Assembly (NCBI GenBank): GCA_903835555.1
Contig: CAILNN010000420.1
Coordinates: 4,990 to 68,989, forward strand
DNA length: 64,000 nt
Source: an uncultured Verrucomicrobiota bacterium
GTDB lineage: Bacteria > Verrucomicrobiota > Verrucomicrobiia > Limisphaerales > UBA9464
Reading direction: 5' to 3'
Shown here: one piece after another, positions 44,872 to 54,841 of the stretch
How positions within the stretch are numbered: the first letter of the stretch is position 1
Layout: each line of letters starts with the position of its first letter
The notes under the pieces: generated by a model
Seen by the model: the letters and a program-made list of their open reading frames with translations, nothing else
Database searches by the model: none
Told to the model about the DNA's origin: nothing
Made by a program: the position numbers and the translations under genes

Positions 44872-44887
44872 CAATAGGGTAATACCC
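44872..44887 (-). promoter_or_regulatory. Stress-motif copy upstream of entericidin gene
   Basis: Minus strand reads GGGTATTACCCTATTG, 34 nt before the ATG at 44837. Confidence 0.3.
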
Positions 44888-44915
44888 GACCTTCAGCTTT
44901 CCTCAAGAGGCCGGT

Positions 44916-45230
44916 TTATCGCTTCCGGGAATGGAATTGCTGCCAAAGAGCGGTAACCAGACGAACGCCGGAGGTGAGTGTCTCGCCCCACGATGAATGC
45001 GTGTGGTGTCGGGATTCTTTCCGAGGGTGATACCCATCGAAAGCCGTCATGAGAGAGATGGCACAGTCGGAGACGCCCTTCCATGATCGGGCGTGACGGG
45101 CGATGTCATTACAACCGGATGAAATCGTTTTCAGGTCCTGAATTAATCTGACTCGGTTGAGATTGCTTTCAGCAATGAGCAACTGCTTGCGGGTAGCGAG
45201 GGAATTTATCGAAGTGTTTTTTCCAAACAT
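44916..45230 (-). CDS. YqjK-like small protein
   Basis: Sits after YqjD/YqjE-like genes and has an RKQLLIAESNLNR segment. Weak call. Confidence 0.4.
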   Translation of the reverse strand: MFGKNTSINSLATRKQLLIAESNLNRVRLIQDLKTISSGCNDIARHARSWKGVSDCAISLMTAFDGYHPRKESRHHTHSSWGETLTSGVRLVTALWQQFHSRKR

Positions 45231-45595
45231 TCACGGTCCTTTCGCAGTTGTTCGAGAGTCGCCGATGGATTTCTCCCACCACGAATTCCCGAACGCAATC
45301 TCCAGTAGAGACCAACGGCGGTGATGGCGTAGACTCCAGCCAAAGTCAAGAGGGTCAGACCCGGGCAGTTTGGCCAGCAGAGCAGGCAGATGGCAGCACT
45401 GAGAGCAATGGCAGCCAAGAGGCCAAAGGCCGCGATTCCGAGGCCCAAAAGGAGTTGGCTCAGGAGAAGCACCCGCTCCTCCTGAACCTCGACCATCCAC
45501 AATTCCAGGCGATTCTCGCCCATGGCGAGAAGGGCTTTCCCAAAATCAAGGACGGATGCCTTCAGTTGACTCCAACCGATGGTTCCGGGTTCCAT
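45206..45595 (-). CDS. YqjE-like (DUF1469, holin-X-like) membrane protein
   Basis: N-terminal amphipathic R.EL...E..EE segment followed by two TM helices. Typical partner of DUF883 genes. Confidence 0.55.
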   Translation of the reverse strand: MEPGTIGWSQLKASVLDFGKALLAMGENRLELWMVEVQEERVLLLSQLLLGLGIAAFGLLAAIALSAAICLLCWPNCPGLTLLTLAGVYAITAVGLYWRLRSGIRGGRNPSATLEQLRKDRECLEKTLR

Positions 45596-45602
45596 GGGGG
45601 GC

Positions 45603-45899
45603 CTACTCGCGATTCCGACGGGTAAGAAGGAATCCGATCAAGGTCCCTACGCCAAAGGCGACGCCCATAGCCGTGTAGGGATGCTGACGAACCGTTTGAT
45701 CGGCTTCCTTGGCCCGCGCCAGCGCTCCCGCACCGACATTTTCGCAGGCTTGTTCGGCCTGGTGGATTGCCGCCGAAAGACGCTGACGGGCCTGGACCAC
45801 TTTGTCCCCAAGGACGTCGGCGGTGGCGGCGATGAGGGCCTTGGCCTCGTCGGTCAGGTCGGATTTCTGGGATGATGGGGGTGTTAACAGAGTTGTCAT
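45603..45899 (-). CDS. YqjD/ElaB-family (DUF883) tail-anchored stress protein
   Basis: Helical N-terminal region followed by HPYTAMGVAFGVGTLIGFLLTRR, the characteristic C-terminal anchor. Confidence 0.7.
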   Translation of the reverse strand: MTTLLTPPSSQKSDLTDEAKALIAATADVLGDKVVQARQRLSAAIHQAEQACENVGAGALARAKEADQTVRQHPYTAMGVAFGVGTLIGFLLTRRNRE

Positions 45900-45935
45900 A
45901 TTTTTCCTGTTGGTTGTGAACGAGAACCGCTTCGC

Positions 45936-46550
45936 TCAACGGGTTGCCGCAGCAGCGGCGTGAGGCGCGGGAGAAATCGGCGGAACGGTCGCGGGTTTGG
46001 TGGAATGAACCGCCGGAGATTGCTTCACTTCGGCTGCGACGGTTGAAGAAGCCGTCTTTTCTGAATGCGCCAGCGCTTCGGGGTTGCAGGTGGAACGAGC
46101 CAAGGTGATCAGGAATTCATTGGACGCCTTCTCCTCGGCTAGAATTTCGGCCAGGATTCCGGCACCTTTTTTGTTTCCCAGAATATTCGCCCATTCATGA
46201 AGACCACCGTAGGAGGCTATTTCATAATGTTCGATCTTTTGCACCATGTTGACCAAGGCTGCATTCAAGACAGGGGAGCCTTTGAAGTGAGTGATCAACT
46301 CGTGCGCTTCCTTGACCAAACCAGAAGCCACTTCACAGGTTCTGCCATGAGGTTTTGCTGCAACCGACTCGAAGACATGGTCCAACCTTCGGACATGAAC
46401 TTCGCTTTCCTTCAAGTTGGTGTGCAATGCCTTCTTCAATTTCTCGCAGGTTGTCGCCTCAGCGAGCTTGGGCAACGCGTGCACAATCTGCTTTTCGGCG
46501 TCATAGATGTCGGACAGTTCGTGCAGGAAAAGGGTTTGAAGTGTTTTCAT
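45936..46550 (-). CDS. YciE/YciF-family ferritin-like protein (DUF892)
   Basis: LFLHELSDIYDAEKQIVHALPKL and EHYEIASYG motifs. Confidence 0.8.
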   Translation of the reverse strand: MKTLQTLFLHELSDIYDAEKQIVHALPKLAEATTCEKLKKALHTNLKESEVHVRRLDHVFESVAAKPHGRTCEVASGLVKEAHELITHFKGSPVLNAALVNMVQKIEHYEIASYGGLHEWANILGNKKGAGILAEILAEEKASNEFLITLARSTCNPEALAHSEKTASSTVAAEVKQSPAVHSTKPATVPPISPAPHAAAAATR

Positions 46551-46653
46551 AATGGATATGGGTTCGATCCCGCGAATCGGGCTGAGAAGTTGAATACTTC
46601 GCTGTCCCTAACTTGGGGTCGTTGATAACTTTAGATTTGGCATTTGGACCAAT

Positions 46654-46669
46654 CCATGGGGTGTTTCCC
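46654..46669 (-). promoter_or_regulatory. Stress-motif copy upstream of yciF-like gene
   Basis: Minus strand reads GGGAAACACCCCATGG, about 100 nt before the ATG at 46550. Confidence 0.4.
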
Positions 46670-46986
46670 TGCCCCAATGAAGATGAAGGGGCGTCGACTC
46701 ACATGGGACGGCTACGGGATTTGGCGCCCCGGGGTCTTTCGTTCTTGGGATTTTGAACGATCAATGGGGAGGCTCGATAGTCAGTACCGGGGTACCGCCC
46801 ACTGACAGGGACTCGATTTTGATGAAGTGATGTCCGTGCCCTGAGGAACGGACAGAAAGAGGAATCAATGAATCCGAACCCGGAAAAATTCCTGGCCTGA
46901 AGCACCTTGCCACAAAATGGCCGGTTGCAACGCCCGGCGGAAGGGCTGGAACGCCTGCACTACGGGGGGGATTTTTTAGTAGCGGT

Positions 46987-48486
46987 TTATCTTCCAGATG
47001 CCAGAATGGCTCTTAATTCGGTCTTGAGGATTTTGCCCGTTGCATTTCGTGGGAGGGACGGAAGGACGATGACTCGTCGGGGCAGCTTGAAATCGGCTAG
47101 GTTTTCCTTGAGCCAATTGAGCAAGGCGGACTCCGAGAAAGTGACACCCGTGTCCAGGCCCACAAAGGCGACCGGGCGCTCGCCACGACGTTCGTCTGGC
47201 TCACCCACCACGGCGCATTCCTTGATGCCACGAAATTGCTGGATGACCTCCTCGATCTCGCGAGGATAAACATTGATGCCATTGGGCTTGAGCATGTCTT
47301 TGGCGCGATCAGTGATGACAAAATACCCATCAGGTCGGCGAAAGCCAACGTCACCGGTCCGCAGCCAACCGGAGACGAGGGTGGCTGCGGTCTTCGCCGG
47401 GTCTTTCCAATAGCCCAACATGATATTTCGCCCCCGAACACAAAGCTCACCGGTTGTTTCGTCCGGCAGGTGAGTGCCGGATTCATCCTGAATGCTGATT
47501 TCCACATCGGGAATGGCAGGTCCAATCGACCCGGCGACGCAGCGTCCGGCGGGGGGATTCACCGCGACGACCGGGCTGGCCTCGGTGAGTCCGTAGCCTT
47601 CGATCAACGGTACCTGTGGGAACCTAGCCTGGAATCCGCGGAGAATCTCGGCGGGCAGTGGTCCGGCACCGCTGATGCAAAGGCGGAGGGGCAGATGGAG
47701 TTCCGCCGGGAGCTGCGACAGCAGCCGGAAAATCGCCGCCATCGCCGGCAGGACGGTCCCTTGGTGGGTGATGATTTCCTCCAACATGGCTTTTGGTGGG
47801 TGGAGGGATTTGATCAGCACGATCGAGCCACCGACGAGCAGGGGGAGAAAGATGCACACCGTCAGCATGAAGCTGTGGAACATGGGCAGCATCAAAACGA
47901 ATCGGTCGAACTCGACGACTTGAAGAACTTGGCGACAGGACTCCACATTCGAGAGGAAATTGCCATGGGTCAGCATGGCTCCCTTGGGATGACCGGTAGT
48001 CCCGCTGGTATAGACCAGCAAAGCCAACGCGTCTTCCGATACTAGAACGGAGTCCGGATTCAAAAGAGGAGCATCGGGGGCGGGAGATGGCCAACGGTCC
48101 AAGGATAGAACGGACGAATCCTTCAATCCCTGGACCGCAGCCTCAGCCGTTTCGCGGAGTATAGGGTCGGCGATCAATAGCTTGAGCTCGGAGTCACTCG
48201 CGAGATAGGCAATCTCAGGGACTTTTAGAAATTGGTTGATCGGCACCGCCACGGCCCCTAGAGCGAGGATTGCAAACAACACCGAGACAAACTCCGGCTG
48301 GTTCTTGACCAGCAATCCGACACGGTCACCCGGCCTAATGCCAAATTCTTTGGCTAAGAAGGTGGCACCCCCCGCTGCAGAACGTGAAAAATCCTGATAG
48401 AGAAAGGACTGATCACCCCAGAATAATGCGGCTTTTTCCGGGTGAGCGATGGCGGATATGGCAAAGTTGGCTGCGAGTGAAGGCAT
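46987..48486 (-). CDS. AMP-dependent acyl-CoA ligase (long-chain fatty acid-CoA ligase-like)
   Basis: YTSGTTGHPKGAMLTH, GYGLTE, TGDVG and a PRNATGKI C-terminal motif. Start set at the internal ATG (48486). Confidence 0.8.
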   Translation of the reverse strand: MPSLAANFAISAIAHPEKAALFWGDQSFLYQDFSRSAAGGATFLAKEFGIRPGDRVGLLVKNQPEFVSVLFAILALGAVAVPINQFLKVPEIAYLASDSELKLLIADPILRETAEAAVQGLKDSSVLSLDRWPSPAPDAPLLNPDSVLVSEDALALLVYTSGTTGHPKGAMLTHGNFLSNVESCRQVLQVVEFDRFVLMLPMFHSFMLTVCIFLPLLVGGSIVLIKSLHPPKAMLEEIITHQGTVLPAMAAIFRLLSQLPAELHLPLRLCISGAGPLPAEILRGFQARFPQVPLIEGYGLTEASPVVAVNPPAGRCVAGSIGPAIPDVEISIQDESGTHLPDETTGELCVRGRNIMLGYWKDPAKTAATLVSGWLRTGDVGFRRPDGYFVITDRAKDMLKPNGINVYPREIEEVIQQFRGIKECAVVGEPDERRGERPVAFVGLDTGVTFSESALLNWLKENLADFKLPRRVIVLPSLPRNATGKILKTELRAILASGR

Positions 48487-48978
48487 CGGCGTGAGTTGGA
48501 TGAAAACACGGACAGGCGGGTTGTGGTCAAGCCGTGCCATCGCTGGTTGCTGAATTCCCCCCTTGTGGGTCATGCGGACGGCCATTTCGCTATGGGTATG
48601 CGAAAATGGCGTCCTTTGGACCGCCATGCAGGCCTGGAGTGCACTCGCTGTGGTCGGGGGTCGGGCGATGGACATCTTGCGAGGTAGGCATGGTTCGGAC
48701 CGCCCCAACGGGGCGAAATTCGACGCCACCTGTTTCTGACCGAACCCTCAGGCATCACGCCCGTTTGATGTAGCCCCAACCGCCGTTCGCCCCTTCAGCT
48801 AAATACTTTTTATATCCGCACCCGGGACGTCGTCCCGGGGTATTGCATTCAGCCCCCTTTTGGGGTACCTGCCGAGCGAATATTTTTCAGTAGCCCACTA
48901 AAGAACCTACTGTTGGTCGCCGAGCGGTTATTTGAAAGGACTGTCGGCGGTCCGGTGACCAGCGGTGCTCTTTGCGGA

Positions 48979-50247
48979 TCAGGCAAAGCTGTTCTGTCGA
49001 TAGGCACCGATTTTTGGAGCGCCCGGGTTTGCGTCCGGTCCGAAATAGCGAAGACAAACCAGGGGTTCAGTCTCGCTCTTGTTTTCGAAGGTTATTCCGG
49101 CGGCGGCACCATCGGCGGTGACAAAGACTTCGTCTTCGGTCAACTCATGAAAGCGAATCAGTTTGGGGCTGTTGAGTGGCAGCCCATTGATGGTACCGAA
49201 GCCTTGGACACAGATCAGTCCGTAGGCTCCGCCGTCCTTGATGGTCACCTTGGTGCCAGGGTCGATGGTCAATTCCTTGGAAGTGAAGAGCTGCTTGCCA
49301 TGAACTGTTCCATAAACAATCCAACGATCCACGAAGCCTTCCGAACGGGTATCGGCGACGGGGACAGGTTCGAGGTAGTGGTTGTCCTTAAAGTTTTCGT
49401 CGAGGTTCCCTTCCCAATCCAATTGCTCAACGATCCAGTCCAAGTCGTGATGCTTTTCCGCAGGCATATCCTTGACCAGCAGGTTCCAGGGAACCTCTCG
49501 ACCTTCGACCAAACTTTGGTACATGCCAAACACATCGCTGCCCCACTGCGGTTCATAGGTGCAGAGGGAACCGGGCGCATGCAATACGCACGGCGGGATC
49601 AACCATCCGGTGCCGGGCTTGAGCCGATAAGCACGGCTGAGGTCGAGAATGCCGTTATCGCCCTTATTCCAGTTTTCGAGGGTCTTGCGGACCTGAGCTT
49701 TCGTAGTGCCCGGTTCCAATCCCATGAACGTGTAGGGGAAATTATTTCCGACGTTATTATGCTGAGGGGGGAAGTAGTAACTCTCCGGCTTACCTTCCTG
49801 GCCCACCAACCTGGCTTGGGCGTCATTCTGGTGCATGTGATGGGGGATCGGCCCCATGTTATCGAAGAATTTCGAGTAAACCGGCCATTTCTTGTAAGAA
49901 TTCCAGATGGAGGAGCCAATCAAGGTGGCACCGGTGTCAGCGACGGCTTGGGCCAGGGTGAAGCGTTCATTGCCCACCACGCAGTAACTGAGGCCTTCAT
50001 CGGGAGTCCGATTGTCGTTGGCCGCTGGAGTGGTGGAAGCAAACCAACGCTCATCAATGCCACCACGGTTTAGGCCAAAGGCATAGAGGTCGTCCGGGTG
50101 GAGTTTCAGTCGTTTGCCCGGTTGAAGGAATGAGCGCGGAACCCAGCAGGGGGCGAGGCGCAGGACGCCTCGTGTGCGGGAGATTTCGGCTTCGACCTTG
50201 GCTTGGACGTTGCCAGTCAGGGTGTGGAGAGAAGAGACGGTGTTCAT
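48979..50247 (-). CDS. Cupin-fold protein resembling class I phosphomannose isomerase (function uncertain)
   Basis: Loose by-eye parallels to PMI motifs (IDERW, PIPHHMHQND, GKPESYYF). No confident family assignment. Confidence 0.4.
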   Translation of the reverse strand: MNTVSSLHTLTGNVQAKVEAEISRTRGVLRLAPCWVPRSFLQPGKRLKLHPDDLYAFGLNRGGIDERWFASTTPAANDNRTPDEGLSYCVVGNERFTLAQAVADTGATLIGSSIWNSYKKWPVYSKFFDNMGPIPHHMHQNDAQARLVGQEGKPESYYFPPQHNNVGNNFPYTFMGLEPGTTKAQVRKTLENWNKGDNGILDLSRAYRLKPGTGWLIPPCVLHAPGSLCTYEPQWGSDVFGMYQSLVEGREVPWNLLVKDMPAEKHHDLDWIVEQLDWEGNLDENFKDNHYLEPVPVADTRSEGFVDRWIVYGTVHGKQLFTSKELTIDPGTKVTIKDGGAYGLICVQGFGTINGLPLNSPKLIRFHELTEDEVFVTADGAAAGITFENKSETEPLVCLRYFGPDANPGAPKIGAYRQNSFA

Positions 50248-50294
50248 GGAGAAAGAGTCTGGGAAATCGTCGTCAAAGAAAAGTCCGGCGCAAA

Positions 50295-52604
50295 TCAACC
50301 CATCAATCGGGCGATGGCATTCCACCAACCGTCATGGAGGTCGGCGACTGGGAGGCGGTGTTCCTCCCCCGAGAGCTTCAGCACCAAGTCTGTCCCACGG
50401 ACTGTTCCGAGACGGAGGGCAGTTAGTCCCATCGCTTTGGCTTGCGCAATGACCTTGCCCGCCTCGATGGCCGAAGTGGAAATCACCACGCGGTGGTGCG
50501 ATTCGCCAAACAGGACGGCATCAGTTCGCAAGCCAGTGATGGATGAAAGGTCAATCGTGGCTCCAATCATCCGGGGAGTGCCTAATGCGACTGGCGATTG
50601 AAAACAGGCTTCGGCAAGGCATACCGCCAACCCACCTTCGCTGCAATCGTGTGCACTCTTGATACTGCCGCCGTGTATCAGAGCCCGAAGTCCTTCAACC
50701 AATCGGACTCCGTCCTCCAGATCGCAGACGGGCGGGGTCCCATTTTTCTGGCCATGAACGACTTGTAAATAGGCACTCCCGCCCAAGCCCTGGAGCGGAT
50801 CGGTGCTGTCGACAATGTGGCCTAGGAGCAGGATGGCGTCCCCTTCGTCCTTGAATCCTTGTGTGGTGATTAAATCGCGCCGGTCGAGTATCCCGACCAT
50901 GGCGATGGCTGGGGTCGGGTCGATTGGACCCGAAGGACTCTGGTTATAGAGCGAACAATTTCCTCCGGTAATCGGTACCCCAAGAGCGCGACAGGCATCG
51001 CCAATGCCGCGCAAGGATTCCTTGAGTTGGTAGAACAACTCGGGGTTATGGGGATTGGCGAAGTTCAGGTTATCGGTGACCCCGAGTGGAGTGGCACCGG
51101 AGCAGGTTAGGTTTCGGGCAGCCTCCATAACGGCCGCTTTGCCGCCCGAGTATGGGTCCAGGTAGACATAGACCCCGTTGCAATCAACGGTCATGGCCAG
51201 AAGTTTTTCTGGAACGGGATGTACCGGGGTTCCGTCCGCGACCGGCGGCAACGAGTCTGCCTTGATCCGGATAATGGCGGCATCCGAACCGGGGCATACC
51301 ACCGTCCCGTCGCGGACCATGTGATCGTATTGGCGATAGACCCAATTTTTGGAGGCAATCGACGGCCAGGCCAGGAGGTCACGGAGGAGGATCAGCGGCT
51401 CGGATACATCCGGGATGCCCGCAAGCGTGAACGACCGGACATCCGCGAGATAGGCTGGCTCCCGCGATTCCCGCTGATAAATCGGTGCCTCATCCGCGAG
51501 CTTCGCAGCCGGAACATCGACAACCACTCGTCCCCCGTGGCGAACCACCATCCGACCGGTGTCGGTAACGGTTCCAATTTCCGCCCAAGGGAGGTCCCAT
51601 TTGTCGAAAATTCGCTGGACCTCGGCTTCGCGCCCTCGGTGAACGATGATCAACATACGCTCCTGCGACTCGGAGAGCATGATCTCGTATGAACTCATGT
51701 GCGGCGACCGCTGGGGAACCAGGTCTAATTCGATTTCGATGCCAGTTCCCGCACGAGCGGCTGTCTCGCAGGTTGAGCAGGTGAGCCCTGCTGCTCCCAT
51801 ATCCTGGATGCCGGCGACCGCGCCCGTTGTCAAAAGCTCCAAGCAAGCCTCGCACACCAGCTTCTCCATGAACGGATCGCCCACCTGAACGGAGCCACGC
51901 TGATGTTCAGCCGATTCCTCGGTTAGGTCTTGGGAAGCAAAGGCAGCACCGGCCAAACCGTCGCGTCCGGTCGCCGGACCGACATAGAAGACGGGATTTC
52001 CGACTCCTGTCGCTTTACCGCGGGCAATCTGTTCATGGCGCAGAACTCCGAGGCAAAAGGCGTTGACCAGCGGATTGCCCTCGTAACTACGGTCAAAGTA
52101 GACCTCGCCGGCGACCGTTGGGAGTCCGAAGCAATTGCCGTAATGGGCGATACCACTGACGACACCGGAGAAAAGTCGGCGGACGTTGGGTTGAGTCAGT
52201 TCCCCAAAGCGGAGCGAATTCATCGCGGCAATGGGACGGGCACCCATGGTGAAGATATCGCGGATAATCCCGCCGACGCCGGTGGCGGCCCCTTGAAACG
52301 GCTCGACTGCGCTGGGATGATTATGGGATTCGATCTTAAAGGCGACGGCAAGTCCGTCACCGATATCGATAATCCCCGCGTTTTCCTCGCCCGCGCCCAC
52401 GAGAATACCAGCTCCCTTGGTGGGCAGCGTTTTGAGCAATGGACGAGTATTTTTATACGAGCAATGCTCGCTCCACATGACCGAGAAGATACCCAACTCC
52501 GTGTAAGTGGGCGCACGTCCGAGAATCTGGAGCACCCGCTCATATTCGTCGGGGGTCAGATTGTGCCGGGCGACGAGTTCCGGGGTGATGGCGGGTTCAT
52601 TCAT
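50295..52604 (-). CDS. purL: Phosphoribosylformylglycinamidine synthase subunit PurL
   Basis: 769 aa with [24 protein letters not shown] and GLPTVAGEV motifs. Confidence 0.92.
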   Translation of the reverse strand: MNEPAITPELVARHNLTPDEYERVLQILGRAPTYTELGIFSVMWSEHCSYKNTRPLLKTLPTKGAGILVGAGEENAGIIDIGDGLAVAFKIESHNHPSAVEPFQGAATGVGGIIRDIFTMGARPIAAMNSLRFGELTQPNVRRLFSGVVSGIAHYGNCFGLPTVAGEVYFDRSYEGNPLVNAFCLGVLRHEQIARGKATGVGNPVFYVGPATGRDGLAGAAFASQDLTEESAEHQRGSVQVGDPFMEKLVCEACLELLTTGAVAGIQDMGAAGLTCSTCETAARAGTGIEIELDLVPQRSPHMSSYEIMLSESQERMLIIVHRGREAEVQRIFDKWDLPWAEIGTVTDTGRMVVRHGGRVVVDVPAAKLADEAPIYQRESREPAYLADVRSFTLAGIPDVSEPLILLRDLLAWPSIASKNWVYRQYDHMVRDGTVVCPGSDAAIIRIKADSLPPVADGTPVHPVPEKLLAMTVDCNGVYVYLDPYSGGKAAVMEAARNLTCSGATPLGVTDNLNFANPHNPELFYQLKESLRGIGDACRALGVPITGGNCSLYNQSPSGPIDPTPAIAMVGILDRRDLITTQGFKDEGDAILLLGHIVDSTDPLQGLGGSAYLQVVHGQKNGTPPVCDLEDGVRLVEGLRALIHGGSIKSAHDCSEGGLAVCLAEACFQSPVALGTPRMIGATIDLSSITGLRTDAVLFGESHHRVVISTSAIEAGKVIAQAKAMGLTALRLGTVRGTDLVLKLSGEEHRLPVADLHDGWWNAIARLMG

Positions 52605-52860
52605 GAAAGGTCTTGTGACGCAAGCGGGACAGGAAGATTGCCGAGGAACGGAAACGGAGACAACTACGCGAACGTTGTTTTGGCGATGAAATCATCCCGC
52701 ACGCAATCGAACTAGAGAATATCTGTTTGCGGAAACAATTTTCGAGCGGGCTGATTGCTTCAGCCGATAGAAGCCCACGGAGCAGACTCTTCCTAGACGG
52801 CACTTCATTTTAGTGGTATGCCACTGGAACTGGGCGTTATCCCAGTGCAGCAGGTTCAGC

Positions 52861-54609
52861 ATGTCCTCCGATACAACGAAGCAATTAGGGCGACTCTGGA
52901 GCAGCCTCCCTCATCGGGCGGTTTTTCTTGGCCTTTTCGCGGTTTGGATTGCTCTTTTTCACTGGCTTGGCAATTCCACGTTGGGTTACGTCAATACCCC
53001 ATCGATCTTTGGATGGCTGAATGCGCTTTACCATCGGGATTCAGCATCTGAATCGGGCGATGAACTTTGCCCGCTAATCCCATTTATTGTTTTGGGACTG
53101 TTCTATTTAAGACGGGAAGAATTGACGCTGGTCCCGAAGAAGCCGTGGCCAACGGCATTGGGATTAATCGTGCTTGGTCTGGCGGCACATGCCTTGGGAT
53201 TTGTGATTCAGCAAACCCGCATTTCAATCGCTGGCTTTCTAGTTGGTGGATTTGGCCTGATGGGAGTGTTTTGGGGGTGGCAGTGGTTGCGGGCGGTGCT
53301 TTTTCCCTGGTTTTTCTTGGTCGCGGCAGTCCCGGTATCCTCCTACCTCGACTCTGCGACCTATGGTCTTCGGCTCCTTTCCAGCCAAATCTCGGTGGGC
53401 ATTTGCCGGGTTGTCCTGGGCTTGAATCTGATTCGCCAGGAAACTCTCGTCTCATTACCGCCTTCTGGAAAGAACCACGGCTTCCATTTTGAAGTTGCGG
53501 CTGCGTGCAGCGGCATGAGGAGTCTGACGGCGGTATTGCTGATCAGTGTCTTGTTCGCCTACCTCAATTACCGCTCTTGGTGGAGACGAACGTTAATCAT
53601 CTTAACTGCCATTCCGCTGGCGTTGGGTGGGAACGTGCTTCGGTTGTGCACTGTTTTTGTTGTCGGTGACGCTCTCGGCGAAAATGCGGGCCGATTGATC
53701 GAAACCAAGATGGGCTTTATTACTTGGGTAGCGGCTTTGCTAGGCTTGTTTCAAATTGGGCGTTTTCTTCGTGAACCCATGGTTGAAGCAGCGTCTAGCC
53801 GCTCTGAATCAGCCCCTCCGGAAGGGGCTACACAGGGAGGAAGACTGAATCCGGTCATTCCATCCATTACGTTGGCCCTGATGGCCTGTGCCGTGGCATT
53901 TATTTTTCATGTTCGGGCAAATCAACGGTTGGGACTACCTGGTGTTCGGCTGGAAAACATTCCGTTGATTTCTGATTCGGGGAACATCGTGCGAACAAAT
54001 TCGGTACACCTTCCCTTGGCGCTGGATGGCTACAGAGCGGAAACCGTTGCCGTCACGGACCTTGAAGTCAACTACCTACCACCGGATACCAGTTTTGGAC
54101 GGGTGGCGTATTATGCGTCCGACCTTTCCTTTTCTTCACTGGCGAGTGTGGTTCTGATGGGTACGGATCGAACCAGTATTCACCGCCCGGAATACTGCCT
54201 GACCAGCCAAGGTTGGCGGATCAATCAACAAACCCTCCAAACGATCCACCTTGCAGGAAAGAAGCCCCAAGACTTGGAGGTACAGCGATTTGACACGGTC
54301 ATTTCCGGGCAAGATGCCAAGGGCTACCAAGCTGAAAAGGCCGGGGTCTACGTTTTCTGGTTTCTTGCCGATGGGGAGATGACCGCCTACCACACAACTC
54401 GGCAATGGTTGATGATGAAGAACTTGGTTCTGAATAATCTTGTGCAACGGTGGGCGTATATTTCTTTTTTTGCTGAATGCAACCGCGGCGAAGAGGACGC
54501 CTGCTATCGCCGAGTTGCAGGGTTGATCTCCGAAGCCTTCCCGGGTATTATCCGGGCGGATATGAAGGATAAAGTAGGGATGGTGAGTTTCAATCTCCCG
54601 CGCCACTAG
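52861..54609 (+). CDS. Exosortase fused to an EpsI-family domain
   Basis: Polytopic N-terminal half with the catalytic-type AACSGMRSL Cys motif and GGNVLRL Arg motif. The C-terminal half has an EpsI-like SIHRPEYCLTSQGW motif. Confidence 0.75.
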   Translation: MSSDTTKQLGRLWSSLPHRAVFLGLFAVWIALFHWLGNSTLGYVNTPSIFGWLNALYHRDSASESGDELCPLIPFIVLGLFYLRREELTLVPKKPWPTALGLIVLGLAAHALGFVIQQTRISIAGFLVGGFGLMGVFWGWQWLRAVLFPWFFLVAAVPVSSYLDSATYGLRLLSSQISVGICRVVLGLNLIRQETLVSLPPSGKNHGFHFEVAAACSGMRSLTAVLLISVLFAYLNYRSWWRRTLIILTAIPLALGGNVLRLCTVFVVGDALGENAGRLIETKMGFITWVAALLGLFQIGRFLREPMVEAASSRSESAPPEGATQGGRLNPVIPSITLALMACAVAFIFHVRANQRLGLPGVRLENIPLISDSGNIVRTNSVHLPLALDGYRAETVAVTDLEVNYLPPDTSFGRVAYYASDLSFSSLASVVLMGTDRTSIHRPEYCLTSQGWRINQQTLQTIHLAGKKPQDLEVQRFDTVISGQDAKGYQAEKAGVYVFWFLADGEMTAYHTTRQWLMMKNLVLNNLVQRWAYISFFAECNRGEEDACYRRVAGLISEAFPGIIRADMKDKVGMVSFNLPRH

Positions 54610-54617
54610 GGGGGGGG

Positions 54618-54646
54618 TTTTCAAAATGGATTTGCCTATCTGCTGG
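54618..54646 (+). repeat. Conserved 29-nt intergenic element, EPS locus, copy 1
   Basis: TTTTCAAAATGGATTTGCCTATCTGCTGG, starting 9 nt after the exosortase stop. 23/29 identical to 56252-56280. Confidence 0.6.
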
Positions 54647-54729
54647 CCAAAACAGGCAGGAGCTTCGTTACTCCTCGGTCGCATCGTTCGTCGCAATATG
54701 CTCCCTCGTCATGCCTCGCTCCTGCGTGT

Positions 54730-54766
54730 TTTGGCTGGAGCATCCAGACAAAGCCATTTTGAAAAC
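54730..54766 (-). repeat. Inverted, diverged copy of the EPS-locus element
   Basis: Reverse complement reads GTTTTCAAAATGGCTTTGTCTGGATGCTCCAGCCAA. It forms an imperfect long inverted repeat with 54617-54650. Confidence 0.5.
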
Positions 54767-54841
54767 ACGCCCCAGCTGACTTCCTGATATCCGATAAGAT
54801 TTTTTCGTAAGAACGCCGTCCAATCGCATTTCCGCCCAGCC

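Noticed and set aside
45206-45595. Holin-family label as a hint of a prophage.
   Set aside because: The context is the YqjD/YqjE/YqjK stress module. No phage structural, lysis or integrase genes are nearby.
46561-46570. GGTTCGATCC, a tRNA T-loop-like sequence.
   Set aside because: The flanks do not form a T-stem, acceptor stem or anticodon arm on either strand. It lies in the 5' UTR of the yciF-like gene.
48819-48837. 9-bp perfect palindrome CCCGGGACG-T-CGTCCCGGG between the cupin-like gene and the acyl-CoA ligase.
   Set aside because: It could be a terminator or an operator, but it has no adjacent T-tract and no second copy. Insufficient support to call.
48913-50073. 386-aa plus-strand ORF.
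   Set aside because: It is fully antisense to the better-supported 423-aa cupin-like gene. The sequence is low-complexity and Gly/Val-rich with no recognisable motifs. This is a typical GC-driven shadow ORF.
51930-52715. 261-aa plus-strand ORF.
   Set aside because: It is antisense to purL. Shadow ORF.
54627-54646. Possible sigma-54 promoter inside the 29-nt EPS element (TGG...TGC).
   Set aside because: The GG-to-GC spacing is 6 or 14 nt rather than the canonical 12 (counted first G of GG to G of GC in TGGCACG-N4-TTGCW), and the second copy lacks the GG.
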